Shown: positions 53,965 to 64,000 of the stretch, in pieces | Numbering within the stretch: the first letter of the stretch is position 1 | How the letters are laid out: the number at the start of each line of letters is the position of its first letter | From: Macrostomum lignano | Taxonomy: Eukaryota | Assembly (NCBI GenBank): GCA_002269645.1 | Contig: NIVC01000040.1 | Location: 62,001-126,000 of the forward strand | Direction: 5' to 3' | Length of the DNA: 64,000 nt | Notes under the pieces: generated by a model | Databases searched by the model: none | Told to the model about the DNA's origin: nothing | What the model saw: the letters and a program-made list of their open reading frames with translations, nothing else | Translations under genes and position numbers: made by a program

Positions 53965-56000
53965 TTAGTGTCTGTCTTAATTTCTTGTTGCCTGTCTTAA
54001 TGTCTTGGTGTCTGTCATAATGTCTTGTTGCCTGCCGAATGTCCTGGTGTCTGTCTTAATGTCTTGTTGCCTGTCTTAATGTCTTGGTGTCTGTCTTAAT
54101 GTCTTGGTGTCTGTCTTAATGTCTTGGTGTCTGTCTTAATGTCTTGGTGTCTGTCTTAATGTCTTGGTGTCTGTCTTAATGTCTTGGTGTCTGTCTTAAT
54201 GTCTTGTTGCCTGTCATAATGTCTTGTTGCCTGCCTAATGTCCTGGTGTCTGTCTTAATTTCTTGTTGCCTGTCTTAATGTCTTGGTGTCTGTCATAATG
54301 TCTTGTTGCCTGCCTAATGTCCTGGTGTCTGTCTTAATGTCTTGTTGCCTGTCTTAATGTCTTGGTGTCTGTCTTAATTTCTTGTTGCCTGTCTTAATGT
54401 CTTGGTGCCTGTCTTAATGTCTTGTTGCCTGCCTAATGTCCTGGTGTCTGTCTTAATTTCTTGTTGCCTGTCTTAATGTCTTGGTGTCTGTCTTAATGTC
54501 TTGTTGCCTGCCTAATGTCCTGGTGTCTGTCTTAATGTCTTGTTGCCTGTCTTAATGTCTTGGTGTCTGTCTTAATGTCTTGGTGTCTGTCTTAATGTCT
54601 TGTTGCCTGTCTTAATGTCTTGGTGTCTGTCTTAATGTCTTGGTGTCTGTCATAATGTCTTGTTGCCTGCCTAATGTCCTGGTGTCTGTCTTAATGTCTT
54701 GGTGTCTGTCTTAATGTCTTGGTGTCTGTCTTAATGTCCTGGTGTCTGTCTTAATGTCTTGTTGCCTGTCTTAATGTCTTGTTGCCTGTCTTAATGTCTT
54801 GGTGTCTGTCTTAATGTCTTGGTGTCTGTCTTAATGTCTTTTTGTCTGTCTTAATGTCTTGTTGCCTGTCTTAATGTCTTGTTGCCTGTCTTAATGTCTT
54901 GTTGCCTGTCTTAATGTCTTGGTGTCTGTCATAATGTCTTGGTGTTTGTCTTAATGTCTTGGTGTCTGTCTTAATTTCTTGTTGCCTGTCTTAATGTCTT
55001 GGTGTCTGTCTTAATGTCTTGGTGTTTGTCTTAATGTCTTGGTGTCTGTCTTAATTTCTTGTTGCCTGTCTTCATGTCTTGGTGTCTGCCTTAATTTCTT
55101 GTTGCGTGCCTAATGTCCTGGTGTCTGTCTTAATGTCTTGGTGTCTGTCTTAATTTCTTGTTGCCTGTCTTAATGTCTTGGTGTCTGTCTTAATGTCTTG
55201 TTGCCTGCCTAATGTCCTGGTGTCTGTCCTAATGTCTTGTTGCCTGTCTTAATGTCTTGGTGTCTGTCTTAATGTCTTGGTGTCTGTCTTAATGTCTTGG
55301 TGTCTGTCTTAATGTCTCGTTGTCTGTCTTAATGTCTTGTTGTCTGACTTAATGTCTTTTTGTCTGTCTTAATGTCTTTTTGTCTGTCTTAATGTCTCGT
55401 TGTCTGTCTTAATGTCTTGTTGTCTGACTTAATGTCTTTTTGTCTGTCTTAATGTCTTTTTGTCTGTCTTAATGTCTCGTTGTCTGTCTTAATCTCTTGT
55501 TGTCTGTCTTAATGTCTTGTTGCCTGCCTAATGTCTTGTTGTCTGTCTTAATGTCTTGTTGTCTGTCTTAATGTCTCGTTGTCTGTCTTAATGTCTTGTT
55601 GTCTGACTTAATGTCTTTTTGTCTGACTTAATGTCTTTTTGTCTGTCTTAATGTCTTTTTGTCTGTCTTAATGTCTCGTTGTCTGTCTTAATCTCTTGTT
55701 GCCTGTCTTAATGTCTTGGTGTCTGTCTTAATGTCTTGTTGCCTGCCTAATGTCTTGGTGTCTGTCTTAATGTCTTGTTGCCTGCCTAATGTCCTGGTGT
55801 CTGTCTTAATGTCTTGTTGCCTGTCTTAATGTCTTGGTGTCTGTCTTAATGTCTTGGTGTCTGTCTTAATGTCTTGTTGTCTGTCTTAATGTCTTGTTGT
55901 CTGTCTTAATGTCTCGTTGTCTGTCTTAATGTCTTGTTGTCTGACTTAATGTCTTTTTGTCTGACTTAATGTCTTTTTGTCTGTCTTAATGTCTTGTTGT
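53965..56000. repeat. Minisatellite, 20-bp monomer (GTCTTGGTGTCTGTCTTAAT), ~2 kb
   Basis: Direct reading. Confidence 0.97.
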
Positions 56001-56519
56001 CTAAGTGCTACGAATCGCACTGAAGAATAGTATTTATCAACCTTCAATTCAGATCGTATTATGTTCATGATTGATGAAGGTCCGCAAAATTTTTCAATTT
56101 TCCATTCAATTTCGTTGTCAATTTAATGCCGAAAAAAACTCCAAGATGCTAGTTTTAAATTAGTGTTTCCACTCCAGATATCTATTGCTAGAAGTCCCAG
56201 CACTTAAGCTTAAATAATTTTAAAGCAAAGTGGAGCAGAGAAATTGGCAGTTGTGCGAACGAGAACTAAGTTCGGAGGTCCTCGCACGCGCCACCTCGGA
56301 CTCCGGGGGGGGGGGTTCTTCAGGTTTGGTTTTTATTGAATGTACACCCAGAGAGTAAACAGAGGCGTTCATTGCTACCCCCCTGTCGAGAAAATGGCCT
56401 TGCGAGGCGCCATATAATTATTGCTCATTGTGGCATGGATGACTAATTTTTTGCCTTTGCCCGTCTCCTAGAAGAAAAAGAATTCAAAAACCTTTCTATT
56501 TGTACCTGGCATGGGGTGA

Positions 56520-57100
56520 GGAACAAAAATGAGAGATGAGGCTCCAAAATGAGGTTGAGGCTCCAAAATGAGGGATGAAGCGCCAAATTGAAAGATGAGG
56601 CGCCAATATGAGAGATGAGGCGCTAAAATGAGGGGGATGAGACGCCAATATAAGGTATGAGGCGTCAAAATGAGGTTGAGGCTCCAAAATGAGAGATGAG
56701 GCGCCAATATGAGGTATGAGGCGCCAAAATGAGGTTCAAAATGAGAGATGAGGCGCCAAAATGAGGTTGAGGCTCCAAAATGAGAGATGAGGCGCCAATA
56801 TGAGGTATGAGGCGCCAAAATGAGGTTGAGGCTCCAAAATGAGAGGTGAGGCGCCAATATCAGTAATAAGGCACCAAAAAGAGATGAAGCACCAAAATGA
56901 CGCCAAAATAAGAGATGAGGTGCCTAAATGACGCCAAAATGAAAGATGAGGCGCCAAAATGAGGGATGAGGCGCCAATATAAGGGATGAGGCGCCAAAAT
57001 GAGGAATGAGGCGCCAAAATGAGGGATAAGGCGCCAAAATAAGGAATGAGGCGCCAAAATGAAACGAAGCGCCAGAATGAGAGATGATGCGCCAGAATTA
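56520..57100. repeat. Minisatellite, ~20-bp monomer (GAGGCGCCAAAATGAGGGAT)
   Basis: Direct reading. Confidence 0.9.
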
Positions 57101-57374
57101 GAGCCAAGGCACCATAAAATCCGAGCAGTTAAACAATTAAATCCTGATTGTAATCAATAAATGTTAGCTCTTGATCTTCCGCACTGGATTGACTTTACTT
57201 CAGTGTACTCATCAATGCTTTTATCTATAGAAATGAATGCCTTCATTTCCGAGTTTGTTTTCAATTCCTGTTTACTAAAAGTGTGCGCTAGTAATTACAG
57301 TAGAGACTGACTTAGTGTTTGTAATGCTGGCAATTTTTTTAGTTCGACCTTCAGTGTAGATCGAAAACAGCTAT

Positions 57375-57585
57375 AGCCTGGTTTCCCTGGTCCCTGGTTT
57401 GAGAGGTCCCTATTTTCATAGGTCCCCGATTTCATTGGTCCTTGGTTTCAAAGGTCCCTGGTTTTAGAGGTCCCTGGTTACCTTTTTTCATTGGTCCCTG
57501 GTTTCAAAGGTTCCTTGTTTCATTGGTCCCTGGTTTCAGAGGTCCCTGGTTTTAGAGGTTCCTGGTTTTAGAGGTCCCTGGTTAA
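57375..57585. repeat. Short array, ~16-bp monomer (GGTCCCTGGTTTCAGA)
   Basis: Direct reading. Confidence 0.85.
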
Positions 57586-57940
57586 ATGATGGATTCCAAG
57601 AGACCAGTAAAAGACAGCTGGCTGACAAATTATTTAATTAATATGGATAGATTCCGAACTTGTTTAATAGATAAAAATATTATATTGATATATTTGTATA
57701 TAAAAATAATTAATCCAATTAGATTTTAGATCGAATAGCTCTTATTGTGCTTTGTATGAAAAGCAGGAAAGAATCTTGTTAAATTTATTGAATTTACGAT
57801 ATAAGCATAATGAGCTTTAGGGAATACAAAATTCATAAAAAACTTTATGAAGAACAAAAACTGTTTTCAGTTGGGGACTTACCGGACTCTTGTCTATGGC
57901 CAAACCTCATTCAGTTCTATGCCTTTCTCTAGAGCATAGT

Positions 57941-58214
57941 CAGGGAAGCCTCTATAGTCGCTGCGCTCCCCAAGAAGGGACACTCACCCGCCCCACCTAA
58001 AGAGACCTAAAGTTCTGAATGTTTTGGGTTGAATAGTGCAAACCGCATCTTTCTAGGACTTTTAGTTAAAAAGTTATCAATCATAGAAATGAAAAAAACG
58101 TTTCATTTTCCTATTCATTCACTGCTTTCCAATTGGGTTTTTACCCCTAAACTTGTATGCTGCCTAAACTAGTGCCCCTTCCTGGGGAGCGAAGCGACCA
58201 TAGAGGCTTCCCTG
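57941..58214. mobile_element. Putative hAT-like MITE, ~45-bp imperfect TIRs
   Basis: CAGGGAAGCCTCTATAGTCGCTGCGCTCCCCAAGAAGGGGACACT pairs with AGTGCCCCTTCCTGGGGAGCGAAGCGACCATAGAGGCTTCCCTG; no exact TSD. Confidence 0.65.
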
Positions 58215-58379
58215 GCTCAGTCCTTCTATCCTCAGTTGCCCATGCCTCACCTATGATTCAACTTACGGCTGCAAGCCAGATGAGAAATGGAAGTCGAGAA
58301 AATAAGAGAATAAGATGATAGATGAGAGAGAAGAGGCGATATTTGGTATCAGCGAAGAGATAAGAGAGTATCCGAATAG

Positions 58380-59020
58380 ATAAGAGAGAAAAGGGGAGAG
58401 AAGAGGGAGACAGAAGAGAGAAGAGAGGAGGGAGAGAGAAGAGAGGAGAGCAGAGGGAGATAGAAGAGAGGAGGGAGATCGAGAAGAGAGGAGAGCAGAG
58501 GAGGGAGACAGAAGAGAGGAGAGCAGAGGAGGGAGAGAGAAGAGAGCAGAGCAGAGGAGGGAGACAGAAGAGAGGAGAGCAGAGGAGGGAGAAGAGAGAA
58601 GAGAGGAGAGGAGGGAGAGAGAAGAGAGCAGAGCAGAGGAGGGAGACAGAAGAGAGGAGAGCAGAGGAGGGATAAGAGAGAAGAGAGGAGAGGAGGGAGA
58701 GAGAAGAGAGAAGAGCAGAGGAGGGAGAAGAGAGGAGAAGAGAGGAGAGGAGGGAGAGAGAAGAGAGGAGAGCAGAGGAGAGAGACAGAAGAGAGGAGAG
58801 CAGAGGAGGGAGAAGAGAGGAGAAGAGAGGAGAGGAGGGAGAGAGAAGAGAGGAGAGCAGAGAAGGGAGAAGAGAGGAGAAGAGAGGAGAGCAGAGGGAG
58901 AGAGAAGAGAGGAGGGAGAGAGAAAAGAGGAGAGCAGAGAAGGGAGACAGAAGAGAGGAGAGCAGAGGAGGGAGAAGAGAGGAGAAGAGAGGAGAGGAGG
59001 GAGAGAAGAGAAGAGACACA
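58380..59020. repeat. Polypurine (A/G) low-complexity tract
   Basis: Almost purely A/G with a GAGAGGAGAGCAGAGGAGGGAGA pattern. Confidence 0.92.
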
Positions 59021-59261
59021 AACCTTGAGCGCGCCAGATTGCTATTGTGAAGCCTTTCAGGACCCGAGGGCCGGATAGAGGTTTCTTGGGCCGGAGTTTG
59101 CAAACCCCACATCTATGATTAGAAAGTTGTCCTGTTATTTTCTCTCGGAAGTGCTCAAAGTGGTTTCGATTAAACAAAATTATAAGCTCACAAATAGAGA
59201 AACACACAGAATCAGAATTGGCAATTTGTTAACAGAAAAATATTGTTGGTAATATAAAAAA

Positions 59262-62200
59262 TCAAATATTCAATCCCTGCACAGACACATCGTTAATATC
59301 CGGCCGAGTGTCGCTATTGAAGTTCTGCCGGTTACGACGGGCTCGCTGGCACACGCAGGCTGACAGGCAGGCCAGAAAGCAGACGAGACCCACAGCCAGC
59401 GAGCCCCATTGAACTGCAGCAGCGGCCTTCACAACTAGAAGTACACTGCCGCGAAACTGATCGGCAGAATCCGAGCCAATAGTGGCCGACTCGTTCACCC
59501 ACATGATCGGCATGAACACCGGTTTCATGGACTTTGACATGTGAAACCCTGGCCCAGTGACCAGGGCAAGGTTAATCTGCAACTTCTTTGCCGCTCGCAT
59601 CACTAAGCCGGTGTTGGGCTCAACATCCAGCACCGTGGAGCAGTCTGGCGACGGCTGCAGACCAATCACTGAGTCGATGTAGTGCTGAGCAGCCTGGTAG
59701 AAGTGCGGCTGTGAGGCCAGGGCTGGCACGCCTGACAGAGGGGGGGGGGCGAGCAACTGAGCATTTATAAACTACTGATAATGAAAATTCGTGCCATTTT
59801 TCAACTTTTCAAATGCCTTTTTTCTATAAACGTCTGTTTGCAACGTTTCAGGGCTATTTTATCAATAAATTGCTATTTTGCAACTTTCAAGTGCCATTTT
59901 GTCACTTAAGTCCCATTTTTTTCAATAAACTGTCATTTTTTCAATATAGTGCCATATTTCCACTTTTAAGTGCCATTTTGTCACTTTAGGGGCCATATTT
60001 GTCACTTTAAGTCTCTTTTTTCAATAAAGTGTCATTTTTTCAATATAGTGCCATTTTGCCAATTTAGGTGCCATTTTTGCCACTTTTAAGTGCCATTTTG
60101 CCACTTTAGGTGCCATTTTGCCACTTTAAGTGCCTTTTTTCACTTTTAGGTGCCATTTTGCAACCTAAAGTGCCAGTTTGCAACTTTAAAGTGCCATTTT
60201 TTCAATAAAGTGTCATTCTTTTATATAGTGCCATTTTGCCACTTTTAGGTGCCATTTTGCCACTTATAAATACCATTTTTTCAACATAGCGCTATTTCGC
60301 CACTTTGAAGTGCTATTTTTTCACACAAGTGAAACTGTAACTTTTGTGGCATTCTTTAAAATTGAAAAAAAACATTTTGAAACAAGTGACAATGAGAAAA
60401 ATAGTTTGTTAAGAAACTGGCTGGCAAAATGAGCAAGTGCTCACCTGGCTGGCAAGTGGTCAAATTCAGCACCCCGGAGTCCAGACAGACGCCGCCAACG
60501 CAGAATCCCTGATTTTCGGGATTCAGAGTTGAATTGTAGAAAACTTCGGCAGGAGCGGTAAAGCGCAGCAGATCGATACCCCGAACACTGGTCGGGCCCG
60601 CATAGGTCACATAGATAGACCGACATATGTCTGTGCTATAGATGTACAGCCGTTTCTTAGGGTCAACAAACGGAGGGAACATTGTGCCATCGGTGCCATT
60701 CAGCATGTTTGACGACTTGCTGTCCCAGTTGGATAGGCTGGTGTTGAACTGCCACCGGTCCACCAGGGCCAGGTGGCTCACGTCAGACTGGCGGGGAGAA
60801 ACAAATAGCACATTATTTTTTAGGGGATAAAGCAGTCAGGAAGAGACAAGATGAAATCCTCAGAGAGTCAGGATGTCAAATCCTGAAAGTGTCAGTATGA
60901 GATTCTGAAAGTTGTCAGTATGAGATTCTGAAAGTTGTCAGTATGAGATTCTGAAAGTGTCAGTATGAGATTCTGAAAGTGTCAGTATGAGATTCTGAAA
61001 GTGTCAGTATGAGATTCTGAAAGTGTCAGTATGAGATCCTGAAAGTGTCAGTATGAGATTCTGAAAGTTGTCAGTATGAGATCCTGAAATTGTCAGTATG
61101 AGATTCTGAAAGTGTCAGTATGAGATTCTGAAAGTGTCAGTATGAGATTCTGAAAGTGTCAGTATGAGATTCTGAAAGTGTCAGCATGATATCCTAAAAG
61201 TGTCAGTATGAGATTCTGAAAGTGTCAGTATGAGATTCTGAAAGTGTCAGTATGAGATTCTGAAAGTGTCAGTATGAGATTCTGAAAGTGTCAGTATGAG
61301 ATTCTGAAAGTGTCAGTATGAGATTCTGAAAGTGTCAGTATGAGATTCTGAAAGTGTCAGTATGAGATTCTGAAAGTGTCAGTATGAGATTCTGAAAGTG
61401 TCAGTATGAGATTCTGAAAGTGTCAGTATGAGATTCTGAAAGTGTCAGTATGAGATTCTGAAAGTGTCAGTATGAGATTCTGAAAGTGTCAGTATGAGAT
61501 TCTGAAAGTGTCAGTATGAGATTCTGAAAGTGTCAGTATGAGATTCTGAAAGTGTCTGTATGAGATTCTGAAAGCCTCAGCATATTATTGTAAAGTTTCC
61601 AAGCTTAAAGAAAGTAAAGACCAGAAACTAAGAGACGAAATGCCCATCAAATGTCAACTGTAATAACAGCTACATTTACCATGGCTAAATACTGGCCCAG
61701 TTCCAGCCCAGTTCACAAGACTAACGGGGTCAAATACTTTGCAATCAATAAAAGAAAAATGATCTTTGAACCGCACAATTGCTGCAAATGTGAAAATAAA
61801 AATTTAACCTCAATCTAACCCCGTATTTACTGGTTGCGCGAAACTGCTAATAAACATAAACACGCAAATCTGGCAACCAACTTCGCAACGTGAAGTTTTA
61901 TAAATAAAGTTAATAATACATAACTTTCTCACGCTATTAAATGCGACAGTGGCAATTAAACTTTTATTTACTTTCTATAACAATTTCCACTTCAGCCGAA
62001 TATAGCAAGATAAAATGTCAACATGCTTTTGGCAAAAACACGTGCCATTTCTAAAATGAACTGTGCCATTTCTAAAATGAACTGTGCCATTTCTAAACTG
62101 ACTGTGCCATTTCTAAACTGACTGTGCCATTTCTAAACTGACTGTGCCATTTCTAAACTGACTGTGCCATTTCTAAACTGACTGTGCCATTTCTAAACTG

Positions 62201-63330
62201 ACTGTGCCATTTCTAAACTGAACTGTGCCATTTCTAAACTGACTGTGCCATTTCTAAACTGACTGTGCCATTTCTAAACTGACTGTGCCATTTCTAAACT
62301 GACTGTGCCATTTCTAAACTGACTGTGCCATTTCTAAACTGACTGTGCCATTTCTAAACTGACTGTGCTATTTCTAAACTGAACTGTGCCATTTCTAAAC
62401 TGACTGTGCCATTTCTAAACTGACTGTGCCATTTCTAAACTGACTGTGCCATTTCTAAACTGACTGCCATTTCTAAACTTAAGATGCCATTTTAAAACTG
62501 ACGCTGGCCTTCTCTAACTGACTTGCTATTCTCAAAGCAAACAATAGTAACAGTCAGACTAAAAGCAGGTAACTCACCTGCCCAGTGAATATCAGATACT
62601 CTCCATCGTCACTGCCATTTTTACCATAGAACAATCCAATTGTAGGATTGATCTTGTACTTAACAATTTTAGCAATTTCTGCACCAAATTTCAGCGTGGG
62701 ATCATCGTAGCCCCAAAGAATCTCTTTAACCGACCGGTGCATCACTGGTGGATTATGAGTCGATTTAAACAAATCGTCAGCCAGCAGCTGCAGTATTGAC
62801 GAACTGTAGCGTAGCATGTTGGTAAGAGTGAAATAAGCCAGGTTAGCAATGGACAGTTCGGTTTCCTCTGGACAGCAGGACAAGTCCGGTCGGAAGTGAA
62901 AGGATCGATATTCTTTATAGGCAATGGTAGAGTTCGAATAGGCAGTTATGTTGCCTTTATTACGCTGCTCTTCGTAGGTGAACGGACCAATCTGTTCAAC
63001 TGCCGGCTTGGCCCCGTTAAGAAATTCAACACCATTGGTGAGGTTGAACAGCCAGAACTGCATGTAGATTGGCGTTGAGTCGCTGGGCGACTCCCATGTA
63101 CTGTACGTGACGCTACCATTGGCAATGGGCAGCATTGTAGCAATGAGATTGCGGAACACAACAGGGAAAGCAACAGCGACAGTGATTGACAGGCAGATTA
63201 GAGCGAAACCAAAACCGATGCCGCTGCCCAGAGCGCAGCGGGACTTAGTACAGCGTGTACTTTTCTGACCGCCGACACCATCGGGTGGAGTCAAATAATC
63301 TCGATCTGTGTGACCCACGTCCTGCGACAT
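59262..63330 (-). CDS. CD36/SR-B scavenger receptor gene 2; exons 63330(or 63366)-62578, 60787-60445, 59731-59262 (~521 aa)
   Basis: N-terminal TM; YMQFWLFNLTN, GAKPAVEQIGPFTYEE, ILWGYDDP, NGTDGTMFPP, YSTDICRS, CLDSGVLNLTTC, ASQPHF, LDVEPNTG, MPIMWVNES; C-terminal TM. Introns are GT-AG, phases 0 and 1. Confidence 0.93.
59850..60330. repeat. Degenerate ~20-21-bp minisatellite (GTGCCATTTTGCCACTTTTAA) in CD36 gene 2 intron 2
   Basis: Direct reading. Confidence 0.85.
60880..61575. repeat. Minisatellite, 22-bp monomer (TGTCAGTATGAGATTCTGAAAG)
   Basis: Direct reading; period 22 at 60961/60983. Confidence 0.97.
62040..62500. repeat. Minisatellite, 20-bp monomer (ACTGTGCCATTTCTAAACTG)
   Basis: Direct reading. 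Confidence 0.97.
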
Positions 63331-63445
63331 TGTGTGGCAGTGGGCAGCGTAGAATATCGTATGCAATTACATAAAACACAATGAACCCAACAAAATAAAA
63401 TTATTTATTAATTATCTGTGTGTCTTGAGGGAGTCGGCCTTCACA

Positions 63446-64000
63446 GGGGCCCGTGCTATAGAATACTCTTAACTCCTAAATCCTTAAGAGTGTCCTAACT
63501 CCTAGCTCTTAGCTGGCTTTTCTGTGCTATAGAATCAAGAGTAAATTTTAAGAGCTAGGAGGCTCCTTAAGGACGTTAGGAGACTCCTGGGTGAATTTAG
63601 GAGAACTCATTAAGGTCCGTGGCATGCTATAGAATTAGGAGAGGAAGTCTAGGAGCTAGGAGCTAGGAGCTGGCTTTTATGAGTCATTCTAGGAGCGTGT
63701 GTCCTATAGAATGAGAAAATTTCGCTCCTAACTCTTGACTCCTAAGCAAGAGTTCAAGGGCCAATTTTCACTCTTAGACAGGATTATAATGTTTTCGGAC
63801 AGCGAATCGGATTCTGATGAGGAAGGAGTCAATGATAGACGCCGTCGACAATTTAAGGCAAGAATTAATATTTTTGAATAAGATACAGCCGAGAGTGCTA
63901 TGCGTTTTAGACTTAACGATATCCAGCTTTCAAGCCTAACAGATAGAATTCGACACAGAATCGAACATCCAACATCAAATTCCAACATTCTAATATCACG
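63446..64000 (+). mobile_element. Probable left end of a PIF/Harbinger transposon with a disrupted transposase start (ATG 63789, in-frame TAA 63879)
   Basis: The GGGGCCCGTGCTATAGAAT end and four copies of CTATAGAAT look like a subterminal array. The peptide MFSDSESDSDEEG..RRRQFKARINIFE*DTAESAMRFRLNDIQLSSLTDRIRHRIEHPT resembles Harbinger/HARBI1 N-termini (..RFRL..L...I...L.P.T). Cut by the window edge. Confidence 0.45.

Noticed and set aside
58258-59207. Leu/Ser-rich ORFs of 284 and 314 aa
   Set aside because: Translation of the polypyrimidine strand of a low-complexity tract.

Overview
Repeat-rich, intron-containing animal genomic DNA; the style (minisatellite-filled introns, TTAGGG-type repeats) suggests a free-living flatworm such as Macrostomum, but that is inference only. 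I spliced the genes by hand from GT/AG sites and reading frame. From left to right: (1) a divergent casein-kinase-1-like gene (+, 5'-truncated by the window) that appears to sit antisense inside an intron of (2) a JIP3/JIP4 (MAPK8IP3/unc-16/sunday-driver)-like scaffold gene (-, 8 exons, 16810 to 4049, continuing off the left edge); (3) a head-to-head inverted pair of membrane-anchored FkbM-family (Methyltransf_21) methyltransferase genes, one intact and one damaged; (4) a 1.8-kb foldback element inside a SINE; (5) a 15.7-kb head-to-tail array of three Helitron units (46550 to 30826, -), whose middle unit encodes a 9-exon OTU-Rep-helicase; (6) two tandem CD36/SR-B scavenger receptor genes (-) that share no intron positions, one carrying a captured mosaic FkbM fragment in an intron; (7) the start of a probable dead PIF/Harbinger element. 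Most long introns hold a minisatellite of their own, and several monomers resemble the adjacent splice site. No rRNA, bona fide tRNA or CRISPR array was found. All family assignments come from motif recognition, not database searches.
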